NCBI GenBank assembly: GCA_965645245.1
Contig: OZ287074.1
Location: forward strand, 2,418,001 to 2,452,826
DNA length: 34,826 nucleotides
Direction: 5' to 3'
DNA from: Massalongia carnosa
Lineage: Eukaryota
Below, one piece after another: positions 1 through 11,888 of the stretch (position 1 is the first letter of the stretch; every line of letters starts with the position of its first letter). Made by a program: the position numbers and the translations under genes. Below the pieces are notes generated by a model, which did no database searches, had not been told where the DNA came from, and saw only the letters and a program-made list of their open reading frames with translations.

Positions 1-221
1 ATCTCTCTCTACACTGCGGACCTGCCTCTAGACACAAGGTCTAGACTACATGGCCATGTAGGTTCATTCCGCCGACATCATTACCAGCGTAGCAATAAAA
101 GTGAAAGCTGAAGTTTACACCGGGGAGGCCGAGCTCAAGCAGCGTCTAGCTAGCCGTTGTCAGATGGTAGGGGCTACCATCATGGGCATTCATCTAGTGC
201 TTATCTTCGGCGACTCTACCA

Positions 222-272
222 CGGGGACCGAGATGACCTCCGGGGACCGAGATGACCTCAGGGGACCGAGAT
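222..272. repeat. 19-bp tandem repeat (CGGGGACCGAGATGACCTC), about 2.7 copies, possibly in the U3 of an LTR remnant
   Basis: Units at 222-240 and 241-259, partial unit at 260-272. TATATAA follows at about 332 and a ...CCTTACA possible LTR end at 531. Confidence 0.85.
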
Positions 273-574
273 TCAGTGGACCGGCTGACTCCTTATGAAA
301 AGGGTCGCCGAAAGGTCTCCAATGTGACTGCTATATAATGAAGTAGATAGCTCACAAATAATCTATACCTTCAATGACAATCATGCTATTATACCTACAC
401 GTGAATTTTACTATTCATCAGCCGTGCCTCCTGCTACAACTCTTGATCCATCAAGAGATCGAGTAGCTCCGAGTAGGCCAGTAGATTCCATATAGAGTTC
501 ACGGCTAGTGTCCAGAGGAGTTCGCCTTACACTTCATGGCAATCTACCACCGCGGCCTCGACAGGTGATTGTTC

Positions 575-975
575 TGTAAGCAGTCTAGAACGTAGTAACA
601 ACTAATCCAAAGTTGTGTGGCAAGGTGGCGTTGTGGTAAGATAGCGTTGTGTCAAGGTGGCGATGTGGCAACATCGACGGCTATGCGACTTCATACTACG
701 GCTTAGCTCATGCTAGTAAATCCCGCAACTGCCCTAGGCGATCACGTATCCCTCTAGCGCCATCCGTATTGTTGAGGATAGCCGAGATGTCTGCTTATAG
801 AAAATGGCACTAACCCCAATGCGCACTAGCTATTGGAAGTATTTGGATTGGCCACCTTGGGATTTATCATCAACATCCCGCGTCTGATATTCTAGGAGAC
901 ATTCGAACATTCTACAGTGGATTGATAATGAGGCAAATATGTCAGCTTTGGAACTCCGACAAAGACGAGCTTACA
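575..975. mobile_element. Putative solo LTR (401 bp)
   Basis: Perfect 7-bp terminal inverted repeats TGTAAGC...GCTTACA and internal degenerate 16-bp repeats. The flanks (TGTTC / TATCA) do not form a clean TSD. Confidence 0.45.
613..680. repeat. Degenerate 16-bp tandem repeat (about TTGTGGCAAGGTGGCG), about 4 copies
   Basis: ttgtgtggcaaggtggcg / ttgtggtaagatagcg / ttgtgtcaaggtggcg / atgtggcaacatcgacg. Confidence 0.7.
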
Positions 976-1194
976 TATCAGCATTTGACTGACCGATCAC
1001 ATAGAAAGTGGGAGAATCGTGCTCAAGGCAGGCAGCGGTATATAATGGGCTATATGCCCCCATAGATAGCCTCAGTCATTTTCAATCAATCATTAGTAGC
1101 CTGCCATTGGATCAGCTTGATCATCGCACGTACTTTTTGCTGTTGTTTCCTACTTCCACCCCTATAATCCGTAGCCTCCGCAACACGTATTACA

Positions 1195-1208
1195 ATTGCC
1201 TCCCCTCT
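1195..1208 (-). other. Polypurine tract (PPT) of element A
   Basis: Minus strand AGAGGGGAGGCAAT immediately followed by TGTAAT at 1194, similar to the PPTs of D and E. Confidence 0.75.
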
Positions 1209-1382
1209 AGGACGCAAGCTCCGCCGAGCGTGTAGTGGATAGTAACGACACGTTAGGTGGGTGGTATGATGTGTATGGCAGGCGGTGAAAAACCTCCTTC
1301 CTTGTATGATAGTAAGGAGGAAAACCGGCCTCCGAAGTCAATGGAAAACCTCCTAACCCAGTGGGAACTGAGGAGTTAAACC

Positions 1383-1514
1383 GACTTGTCGAGATCGATG
1401 AAATACTCTAAAACCCTGATAAGACAACAGGAGAACATAGGGAAAACTGACTTCTCAAGATCGATGAAAAACCCTTAAACCCTGATAATATAACGGGAAA
1501 ACGAAGGGAAAACC
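1383..1514. repeat. Imperfect 66-bp tandem duplication in the 3' UTR of element A
   Basis: gacttgtcgagatcgatgaaa..aaaccctgataa..agggaaaac (1383-1448) vs gacttctcaagatcgatgaaa..aaaccctgataa..agggaaaac (1449-1514). Confidence 0.85.
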
Positions 1515-1560
1515 TTTCCTAGACTCCATAGTAGGTGGCAGGTGAGAAACCCCGAGGCTT

Positions 1561-4500
1561 CTACTTCTTCGCCTTCTTGCTCCGAGTGCTGGTAGCTGGT
1601 CGGCCTCGTTTCCGCTTGCATTTAGGCTTAACGATCAGCTTAGCCATTGGTGGTGCGGTGTCGATAGGAGGAGAGGTTGCTGTCGGCTTGGTGGGGTTAC
1701 CCTCATGGTAGGCTTCGGCGATCTTCCGAAGGTATTTGATCGCTGCCGCCGGGTTCCACGTACTTTCATCCTCTGGATAGCCCTTCCAGGAGACCAGATA
1801 GTAGAGGCCTGGTAGGTAGCCAGCTTCTGACTCCTTGGCGTAGACCGCGCAATCCAAAGTGCCTTCAACCTCGTACTCCTCATCGTTTCCAGCTCCGAAT
1901 TCTAGCTGCTCCGCGATCATCTCGTCCACCAGCCCATTCCTTGTGGTGTCCTGCTCCATCAGTGATACATGAAAGACATCATGGATGCGCCACCGTTTTG
2001 GAGGCTCCAGCTTGTAGGCTTGCTTGCCCACTAGTTGCAAGACACGGAACGGCTCAAAGAACTTAGCCTCTAGCTTGCGATTACGTTTAGTCTTAATATA
2101 CTTGCTGTTCAACCAAACTTTATCGCCAGGTGCATAGCTCCGTGGCTTGGTTCCTTTGTTGTGGGCCTTTGTCTGCCATTCTTGTGCGTGCTGAAGGTTT
2201 TCCTTGCAGATAGCCATCAGGTCCTTTAGTTCTGCATCTAGCTCTTCTGCTGACTTGGACCTGGAGCGGGGGTTGATGTCTTCCTCATATGAGATACGGG
2301 GGTGGTAACCACAGTTGAGCTCGAACGGCGTATGCCATGTACTCGCGTTTTTCGCATTGTTGTACGCAAACTCAACCATCGGAAGCAGGCGCGCCCAGTC
2401 GTCTTGTTCCTAGTTGACGAACGCCCTAAGGTAGGCTTCCATGGTGCTGTTCTGGCGTTCAGTGTGCCCATCGGTCTGTGAATGGAACGCGGTAGAGAGG
2501 CGTCGCTTGATGCCTAAAAAGTAGCAAAAGGAAGACCAGAACTTGGAAGTGAAAACTGAGCCGCGGTCGCTGACGAAAGATGCTGGCAAGCCGTGGTGAT
2601 GAACTACTACGTCTATGTTTACTTCTGCTAGCCATGGTGCAGTGATCGTTGTCAGCAGTGGCTCATAGTGCACCATCTTCGTAAGCCGGTCGACGATGAC
2701 CAGGATCGAATCGTAGCTGTCGCGCTTCCAATTAGCAGATTCAGGCACTCCGTCACAAAATCCATAGACAAGTCTTTCCAGTGATGAGTTGGCACTGGCA
2801 GTGACTGTAGGTTTCCGTAAGGCTTGTGTCTGACCGCTTTAGAATAAGCAGACGTCGCAACCCTTGACATAGCTCTCGACATCGCGGCGGAGAATCTCCC
2901 AGAATTACTTTCTCGCAATGAGTTCTCGCGTCTTTTCGATACGGAAGTGTCCTGCTAATGGATCATCATGACGCCTGCTGATTAGCTCAGTTCTGAGGAT
3001 CTCAGGGACATAAGACAAGCTTTTGATAATGCAAAATCCCCTCGGTGTCTTCCCAGCCATCTTTTCCAAGCTTCTCTGCTCTGATCATCTGAGCTTGGGT
3101 ATCTTCCTCCTGCAACTCCTGCAACCTCAACCTCATGCCACCAATGCTGACTTTGTAAGGACCTTCAGAGGTCAAGTCTTGGCGGAGCGTATCCAAAACT
3201 GACGTAGTTAAGGGAAGACGTGCGTTCCGCAGATGATGACTTGGTGTGGAGGGGTGAGATGCTGAATACTAGTGATACCAGAGATGCTGGCGCTGGTCAG
3301 CGAGGACTGCAATCGGTGAAGGATTCGAGTATTTTCAGCTCGAAGCACTTCCTCTTCGCCTTGGCTCCTCTGAGGATAGCGAGATAAAGCATCGGCATCT
3401 CCATTAGCCTTGCCTTGACGATAATCGATGCGGAAATTGTAACGAGAGAGTTCTTGCGCCCAGCGAACCTGGCGGGGGCTTAGACTCTTCATATCCATAA
3501 ATTGCCGCAGGTTGTTGTGGTCTGTAAGCACGAGAACTTCATGCTTACAACCTTCGAGATAATGCCTCCAATTCTTAAAGGCTTCAACGATGGCCAGTAG
3601 TTCCCCATCGTGAGTTTCGTACCGAGTTTCTGCAGGAATCATTTTTCGAGAAAAATACGCTACTGGGTGCCATTGGCCGGTTTCGATATCCAGCTGGCTA
3701 AGAACGCCACCTATGGCGTAACCCGAGGCGTCCGTCTCAAGTCGGATGTGGCGCTCAGGGTCAAAATGTCGGAGGATCGGTGCTTCAGTGAACGCCTGCT
3801 TTAATTGGGCAAAGGCTAACTTAGCGGCAGGAGTTAGGAAACAAGATCCTTCCTCTCCACGCCTTGCCTTTGGGGATGGCCCAGTGTTGGCTACCAAGTT
3901 TGTTTTGAGCATCGAGGTGAGTGGAGCAGCAATCTTGCTGAACCCCCGGATGAACCGCCGGTAGAAGTTGGCGAATCCCATAAACACCTGGACGTCTCGT
4001 ACTGACTTGGGTTCTGGCCAGTTCTTGACAGCTTCAGTCCTTTCCTCTTCCATACGAATTCCTTGGCCAGAGACAACGTAGCCTAGGAAGCGAACCTCAT
4101 CCTGATGAAAACGGCACTTCTTTAGATTGGCAAAAAGTCCATTTTTTCGGAGGTTCTCCAGGACCCACTTAACAGCCTCAACGTGGCCTTGGCCTGAGTC
4201 TTCGGTATAGATCAGGATGTCATCCAAGTATACGATGACGAAGATGTCGAGTTTCTCTGCTAGAAATTTGTAGATATAGCCCTGAAAACTAGCTGGGGCA
4301 TTGGAAAGGCCGAAGGGCTAACCTGATACTCAAAATGGCCATATCGAGTCCTGAAAGCCGTCTTCCATTCGTCACCTTCTCGAATTCGCATCTGATGATA
4401 CGCATTCGTGAGATCCAGATGGGTAAATCGCTTGGCACGGCCTAGTCGATCAAGCGACTCTCCGATCAAGGGCAACGGGTACCGATTCTTAATCGTCAGG

Positions 4501-5408
4501 GTATTGAGTCCTCGATAATCCACACACAGGCGTAGACTACCGTCCTTCTTGCGGATGAACAGTATCGGAGCACCAGCCGGAGACTGGGAAGGCCTAATAA
4601 AACCGCTGGCTAGGTTGGTTTCGATATAGGTATTCAGTATCTCTAGTTCCACAGGACCTAGGCTGTAGATTGGGCCATAAGGTGGCTGCTTACCATCTAC
4701 TAGGTCAATAGGATGGTCGTTAATGCCGGTGTGCTCCGGTAGCTCTACTGCGGATTCAGGGGAGAAGACGTCAGAGAAGTCGGAATATTCAACGGGGATC
4801 TTAGCCTCCTCGCTCACTAGCGAGGCTACTTGGGCCTGACGAGAGGCATGGATCGGCATGGACGATGGCTTGCTTACGGCCATTACATGCACCACATATG
4901 CCTCGTCCTCTCCTCTAAGGACCGCCGCCGCGAATACTTCCTTATCGATGATCTCCACACGTCAGGTTGTTGGTAAAGCCTCGGCAGCTGTGTAGGTTCT
5001 CCAGGCGAGCTCTCGCTCTGCGAACCGTAAATCCACACTGCTGAGTGTAAGAAAAGGCATCCCCAAGGACCACCTCCAGGCTAATATTAGCCAACAAGAA
5101 GGTTTCCTGGAAGAATCTAACCTTCCCTAGCTTGTCCTTGACCGCGAACCCTGCGATAACCATACCGAAGGTATCCAGGTGAGATCCATCAATCTTTTGC
5201 GCCCCAACATCTGTTTCCTTAACACAAAGGCCTAATTTCGCGGCATAAGCGGGGTACATTGCGTTGACCTCGCTGCCCGAATCTATCAAAGCCTATATCT
5301 CATCTTGATCCTTCCTCAAACGGACAGGATATCTAATACAAGGAACCCGCTCAAGATTAGCCTCCTTACTAGTTTCAGTCGGAGGCGCGGAGGTTGCCAA
5401 GACCGATA
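1561..5408 (-). pseudogene. pol: pol of element A (protease, RT, RNase H, integrase, chromodomain), frameshifted
   Basis: IDSGS protease motif, LCVDYRGLN and DDILIY RT motifs, ETDASGYAIGG RNase [11 protein letters not shown] / TDGHTERQN integrase, EYEVE..YYLVSWKGYP chromodomain. Split over several ORFs. Confidence 0.93.
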
Positions 5409-6557
5409 CTAGTTTTTTGAGGCATCCTTCTTGGACTCGCGACAAGTACTTGAGTAGTGTCCCTTCTTGTTGCAGTTGAAGCAGGCGATTTGGGATAAGT
5501 CCTTGCTGGTGCCTCTGGAAGTGTTGGCACCGGTGGCCGGAGTGAACTCCGAGCCTTTCCGATCTCGACCATGATCAAGACGTCGCTGCTTTTTCTTTTC
5601 TCTCCGAGCTTTCTTGTTAGCAATCTCGCTATTCTCTAGGCGCGAGTTTGATTGCTTCGGACCCGACGGTTTGGGCTTTTCGCTAGGCTCGTCTCGAGGG
5701 TCTCGAGTAGAGGTGTGGGGTTTGGCCACAGTAGCATGAGCGGGCCGGTTTCCATGTGGACAACGCTGATGCCTCTCACGAAGGATCGATTGCGGCTACA
5801 GGCTAGCTTTTGCCTCAGCATCGATCACTTTTTCGACCAGCTACTCCCAACTGTCTAGTTCCCTTCCTCGTTGTTCCATCTGAGCCTTTATCGAAGGCTT
5901 GAGGCCTTCACGAAAGAACCGGATAAGGTCCGACTCCTCTGGAGCTCCCTCAGCATCAAACTCCAGGAGTATAGATTGCAGATGTTCCAGGTGAGAAGCC
6001 CAATCCTGAACTTATTCTTGTTGATACTGGGAGTCCCGCTTGATCCTACTCCAGGTTGCGTCCACAAAAGCCCTGGAGTCTCCAAGATTCTTCCGAAGGA
6101 AAGCCTTGAACTCGGTCCAAGACAAATATCCTACCTCTTCACCTTGGCTTCGACGTTTGTGCTGGTGCCAACGAAAGCTAATCCGGCCACGAAGGAAAGA
6201 TGCGGCAAAGGATGGACGGTTTGACCCGGTGGCGCCGGCGGTGTCAAAGTGGTCTTCGCATTGTTAGCAGAAATGGTAACACTCCATATGGGACTTTCAA
6301 TAGTAGAGATCCGGGAACCGAGCTTTCAACTGACCTTCTCGGGGGCCTTCATGTCGACTACCTTGTGCCTGGAGGAACGCCTCCATGCAGAGCTTTGTGA
6401 TTCTCTGCAGATCTTCCTCAGTGTATTTGGCAGGGCCCGTAGCTACCTCAGTGCTTGGTGTCGGTGACTCTTCCGCGGGCCTTGAAATATCTTCTGCCTG
6501 GGGAGATCTTGTTGGACCTTGCCGAACATTCCTGTGAGGGCGAGAGTTTGATGACAT
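5409..6557 (-). pseudogene. gag: gag of element A with CCHC zinc knuckle, frameshifted
   Basis: ATG at 6557. Capsid-like SFAASFLRG..WTEFKAFLRKNLGD segment. CFNCNKKGHYSSTC knuckle. Ends A_AAA_AAC TAG. Confidence 0.88.
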
Positions 6558-6646
6558 CGTTTGCGGAGTTCAAAAACAGATGGCTCTACTAGCTAAGCTC
6601 CTCTAAACGGGCTGGCTGACCCGTAGGGTATGAGAGCAATTAGAAT

Positions 6647-6864
6647 TGTAATGGGCTACGAGGCCAGTAAGCTAATCACGAGCGAAACTGATTTCGAAAA
6701 GGGGAAATGCTCAGCGTGAGAGGTGGAAGATAGCTACTACGTGCTAGTCTCCGAGAGTATACGTGATCCAAAGAACTAATTGATGTGGAAGTGCTTAGAC
6801 CAAGAGATCTCGTCCGGGACCCAAACGTAGGTTGTTCATAGAATAATGACTAATTGCTAACGAA
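6647..6864 (-). repeat. R-U5 remnant of the 5' LTR of element A (U3 displaced by element B)
   Basis: Ends TTACA on the minus strand. 9-nt motif at 6850-6858 is complementary to 6635-6643 just inside the element. Confidence 0.75.
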
Positions 6865-7210
6865 TGTCACGGTGTGAGGTCTGGTAGGAATCCAGGTGAT
6901 GCAAACGTATTACTTGATTGTCTAGCTAGGTGGACAAGACGTTCGACAAGGAGAAAAGAAACAGAAAATCCAACGTGGGCGAGTATAAGACTCTGGCGAA
7001 CTGAACTAGTCCCAATCCAGCCGTTGATCCAATTTCCCCCAAGTCCCTGGCATAAAACTATCGCTATGACAGTCGGAACACTTACCTTTGCCCTGACTGA
7101 ACCGGATTAAGCTTAGTTCCTTTCGGATCGGCTAGCCGGCTAGTGCTTCGTTCAAGCAGCTAAGGTTGGTTCATTGAACTAACTGGCAGGTGCCCAGTCA
7201 CTCCATGACA
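6865..7210 (-). repeat. 3' LTR of element B (346 bp)
   Basis: TGTCATGG...CCGTGACA termini. Preceded on the minus strand by PPT AAAAGGGGAGCTGG. R-U5 is alignable to the E LTR. Confidence 0.92.
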
Positions 7211-7222
7211 CCAGCTCCCCTT

Positions 7223-10200
7223 TTAGGTGCGAGCTCCGCGAGGACCACCAGGCTTGGTAGGCCTCAATCGATGAAAATCTTCCAATAGGTCTGAGCAGTG
7301 GGTGACGTCCTTAGCTTCAGTCCAGTCGGGGGCGTCCCAACCAGTCCATTTGATCAGGTATTGTAATCGTCTTCGAAAGAAACGGGAGTCCAAAATTTCT
7401 TCGACTTCCCACTCTGTTTCACCTTCAACTTGGACAGGAGGAGAAGGAGCGGGTATGTGGCCGACGTGGAGGTGTTGAGAGACAGGTTCTAGAAGAGAGA
7501 CGTGGAACACAAGATGAACTTTCATAGAGGCGGGAAGGTCTAACTCGTATGCGTACTAGCTAACAACCTTATTTATAATGAACCTTCCAAGCTTTTTCCA
7601 ATCCAACTTTCGTGATGGCCGTTTGGTCTTTATATGCCTAGCGTCCAACCATACCTCGTCACCGACATGAAACATGGGAGCCGGGGTCCTGTTTGCATTA
7701 GCAGATGCTTCATAACGCGCTTGAGCTAGGCGCATTTCGTCGCCGAGGTGTTCACTGATACTTTGCATTTTGGAGGCGAATTCGTCGGCGCTAATGACCT
7801 GCGCATTGGGGGAGTCGCGATGAACAGGTTCAAAACCAAGACGGGGGTGGAAACCATAGTTAGCAAGGAACGGGCTGACGGACGTTGTTTCGGAGTCGAA
7901 GCAAACTCAGCCATGGGCAGCCAGTCGGTCCAGTCATCTTGTTGATAGGATACATAGCTTCTGAGGTATTGTTCCATGACCGAGTTTTATCGTTCCGTTT
8001 GACCGTCGGTCTCCGGGGGAAACGACGTGGATAGCCGACTGTTGATCTTTAGTCGTTCACATAGTGCTTTCCAGAAGTCAGCGATGAACGGGCCTCCTCG
8101 GTCCGACACAATGGAGTCAGGTAGGCCATGAATTTTCCAGACATGTTCCACGTATAGCCTAGCCAAGGCCTTAGCGTCGATGGTTTCTCTGCAGGGAATA
8201 AAATGCTTCATCTTGGTTAGTCGACAAACAACGCTTAGTATGGCGTTTTATCACTACTTTCGGGTAGGCCAGTGACGAAATCCATGGATATGTCCTTCCA
8301 TCGTTGTTGAGGAACAGGCAAAGGTTTCAACACTCCGTACTTAGCATGATGAGAAGCTTTACTGCGAGAGCATGTGTGACAGTGCTGTACATAGCGGGCA
8401 ATGAACTGAGGATATCGGGGCCAGTAGTAGTCTCGCGCCATTAGACTAAATGTTTTAGATCTGCCTGGATGACCGGCGACTGGACTGTCGTGATATTCCT
8501 TGCATAGTCTCGTTTTTAATTCATGCCAATCAGGGACATATAGCCTTTCCTTGTAGTATAGTCTTCCATTCCTGTCTTCACATTCGGCTAGGGTGATGTC
8601 CTTGCTGTGTCGAGTACCGTTTCGGAGAAGTGTCAGGATTTTGTTAGGCATAGGGTCATGTTAATATCCTAGATCAATGAGTTCGTCTATAGATTTGTCT
8701 TCCGAGTCAGAGGCGGGAGCAAGGTTCGATGGTTCAATGACGATGTTAGGTTCAGAGTCGGACACGTCAGTCACACGAGGCACGTTGTTAGCATGAAGTT
8801 CAAAATTATGCGGTTTTAATACCACCTGATTCTGATATTCCAGTCTCACGTCCCCTTCCTTAGGAAGATCTCCTGATCTTCTAGTCAAAGCATCAGGTTT
8901 TCCACCTAATTTGCCGGGTCTATACGTGCTTTTGAAGTCGAAACGTGAGAGATATTCTGCCCAGCGGGCCTGTCGTCTGCTTAGCTGCTTGGTGGTGGTG
9001 AAATACTCTAGGTTTTTATGATCGGTGATAACTTTAACCGGATATGCGGCTCCTTGGAGTTCTGGTCTCCATTCCTCGAAGGCACGTATTATGGCTAGCA
9101 GTTCTTTATCATAAATCTCGTAATTGCATTCCGCCGGTGACAAACGTCGCGAGAAAAAGGCTACGGGGCGAAGGACTCCATTGTCATCATACTGTGAGAG
9201 AACTCCGGCATTGACATAATCAGAAGAGTCAGTTTCAACCACACTTTCCTTATCGGGGTCAAAATGCAGCAGAACAACGTCACTGGTGAACATAGCCTTC
9301 AGATCCTCGAAGGCCCTGGCGCAGTCAGCGGTCCATACGAATAATGTCTTCTTTTTTGACATAGCAGTTAATGGTCCGGCTATGCGAGAGAAACCCTTGA
9401 CAAATCGACGATAGAAATTCGCGAATCCTATGAAGGCCTGCACGTCTTTTAGATTCTCGGGGGTGTTCCAATTCTGAATTGTCTCAATTTTCTTAGGGTC
9501 CATTCTTATACCATCTTTATATATTATCAGCCCTAAATAAATGGTCTCCGTGACATGGAATTCACACTTTGAGATGTCGAGTTGTAGTCCGGCCTTCCGT
9601 AAGGCCGTTAGTACTTTTCTCACACGACCCTTGTGTTCGCTCATGGAATTGCTGTAAATCAGTATGTCATCGATGTACGCGTTGCAGAAGATGTCTAGAT
9701 ATTCACGAAGCACATCATTAATGTACTCCTGAAACGAGGATGGCGCTCCACAGAGCCCAAATGGCATGACGAGATATTCGAATAATCCATAACGTGTTCG
9801 AAAGGCAGTTTTCCATTCCTCTCCATGAGTTACACGGAGACGGTTGAAAGCCGCGACAATATCCAACTTAGTAAAGACAACTGCCTTACTCAAGCGGTCC
9901 AAGGTTTCTCTAATCAAAGGTAGGGGGTATTTGTTCTTGATCGTTATCGCATTTAATGCTCTGTAATCAACACAAAAACGCAGGCCTCCGCTTGGTTTCC
10001 TAACGAACATCACCGGGGACGCAGCGGGGGAAGAACTGGATCGAATAAAACCATTCTTCAAGTTTTCCGTGAGATACTTCTGTAGAACTAACAGTTCATC
10101 TCGACTCATGCCGTATAACGGGCCATACGTGGGTTCCTTTACTTCCATTAATGGAATTTTATGATCATAGCTACGTCGCTCAGGAAGTTTATCAGCTTCT

Positions 10201-11133
10201 TTCTTGGAAAATACATCAAGAAATTCATGATATTCCTGTGGCAACACTGTAGCAGGGTCAATTTCCGGTTTAGGGTTCAAGGCACGCTCGATATCTCTCA
10301 TGTTCACGGTAAAGAGTTCACACTCTTTTTTCTTTGCTAGACGGGTAAAGGGGCGGCCCCTATCATACATATACTCAATGGTGGACTCTGATTAGTCGGC
10401 GGCGGAACGAGCGGGGACGGAACGGGTAAGGTCGAAGACAAGATAGGCGAAGGGGCGGCGGACGCAACCGCATTGGAGTTGACGCGCTGATTTAACCGGC
10501 CGGGCCTGTTAAATCTAACCGCCTCGGAACTAGTGTCATGAGCGATGATTGGCGCAGTCGTGTCGGGACTAGCGCTACTTTCAACGACGAGGGGTTTTTC
10601 TGCGCGGAGTTCTGGGACATTGGTTATGCCGATGACCGTGTTTGACTCGGAGTTGTCAAGACAGTGCTGACGGCAGTAAGGTGAGTTGAACGTGAGAGAG
10701 TTCATGGCCCATCGTATGCTGACGTCGTGAATTTGCAGCCATTTAATGCCGAGAACGATGGGGTAGTGACCGAGGCTGGTGACGAGGAGGTTAGCGGGTT
10801 CGGAATGCGACGCGATGTCAAGGTTCAAACGGGCGAGCTGGGTAAGTTTTCCAGACGACACGGGACGACCGTCTGCGAGTTCAAGAATACGGGGTTTCTT
10901 CATGGGGGCGAGGGGTATGCGGTAGTAGTGCGCGAACGAAGAATCAACAAAGGCAAATCCAGATGCTCCACAATCAATCAATGCATAAGTCTTGATTCTG
11001 ATTGTTCCTATGGAAACAACGAGAGACATAACAAAATGCCTTCCATCCAAGTTTTCTTCGGATAGAGGTTCTTTTGACAGAGAAAATGCCGAAATCGAAA
11101 TAGCTCCTTTCGATACATGTCTTCGGCTGCAAC
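7223..11133 (-). pseudogene. pol: pol of element B, multiple frameshifts/stops
   Basis: LIDCGASG protease, YIDD RT, ETDSSDY RNase H, HHCC and VSDRG integrase, EWEVEEILDSR..YLIKWTGW chromodomain. Confidence 0.94.
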
Positions 11134-11888
11134 TTAGGCCGAAGACTGAGCTTTTTCCTCCTCCGGAGTTACCGAGCTCAGTTCATATGTCTTCATTCTA
11201 GCTTTTCCCTTGGAGACTGGGCAAGCATTGGCGAAATATCCGGATCCTCCACAGTACATACATAGTCCCCCATTCATGCGGCGCGATCTTTCCGCCGATA
11301 TGATGGGATCACGTCGCCTAGAGGTTGACAGGTCCATGGCATCCGAGTCTGCAAATGGGGAGAGAGCGGGCCTAGGAGCGGGCCTAGGAGCGGGAGTGCT
11401 GGGGGTAGAGGTGGAAGAGGTCTTGGTAGTCGGGGTGGACGGAGCAGAGGAGGAACGGGATGAGCCATATGAAAATGGGTTGCGGATTGAAGCTTGGACG
11501 GAACGGAAACGATTATCAATTTTCTGAAGGCTTTGTATGGTGTCGTCCAGAGAGGTAGGTAGGTCCACCGTGATGAGAGCAGATTTCAACTCATCACTTA
11601 GACCATCTAGGAGAATAGATCGTTTGGCTTCATCATCGAAACCTGTGTCCGGAACGAGACGTTGATAGTCTGATAGGTATAAGTAGAAATCTTTGTTCTT
11701 TTGTCGAAGCTGTCGCAGTTCCCTTTGTGCAGTGCTTTTCTATCGGGGTCACCGAAGGCCAACTGCAATTTGGTATAGAATGCTTCCATATTGACAAGAG
11801 CAATGTTTCCATCTTTTTCCAGGTACGGCTTTAGTTGTTCCAATGCTTTCTCCTTCAAGCGGCTTAGTGCATAAGCGAGCTTGCTTTT
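11134..11888 (-). pseudogene. gag: gag of element B, 5'-truncated and frameshifted
   Basis: SKLAYALSRLKEKALEQL and CMYCGGSGYFANAC align to E gag. Similarity stops at about 11888. Confidence 0.9.

Larger units (their letters stand above)
1195..6864 (-). mobile_element. Element A: decayed Ty3/gypsy chromovirus (internal region plus R-U5 of the 5' LTR)
   Basis: gag-PR-RT-RNaseH-IN-chromodomain order on the minus strand with frameshifts and stops. Polypurine tract at the left end, LTR end (..CCCATTACA) at 6647. Confidence 0.93.
6865..11888 (-). mobile_element. Element B: 5'-truncated decayed Ty3/gypsy chromovirus, relative of element E
   Basis: 3' LTR, PPT, pol and the 3' part of gag are present. 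Proteins are colinear with E (both end KPGGPRGART). 5' LTR absent. Confidence 0.93.

Noticed and set aside
28..61. Adjacent palindromes TCTAGAC/GTCTAGA and CTACATGGCCATGTAG
   Set aside because: Real, but at the window edge with no context to assign a function.
1041..1052. TATAATGGGCTA as the far end of the 3' LTR of A (resembles TGTAATGGGCTA at 6647)
   Set aside because: Similarity stops after 12 bp and the self-priming 9-mer is absent.
101..1235. Short ORFs 101-298 and 1008-1235, and the many 60-140 aa antisense or LTR-overlapping ORFs elsewhere
   Set aside because: No recognisable motifs. They are shadows of gag/pol or of repeats.
11881..11883. TTG start for a complete 462-aa helicase
   Set aside because: The codon derives from antisense B gag at the junction, and motif I is absent.
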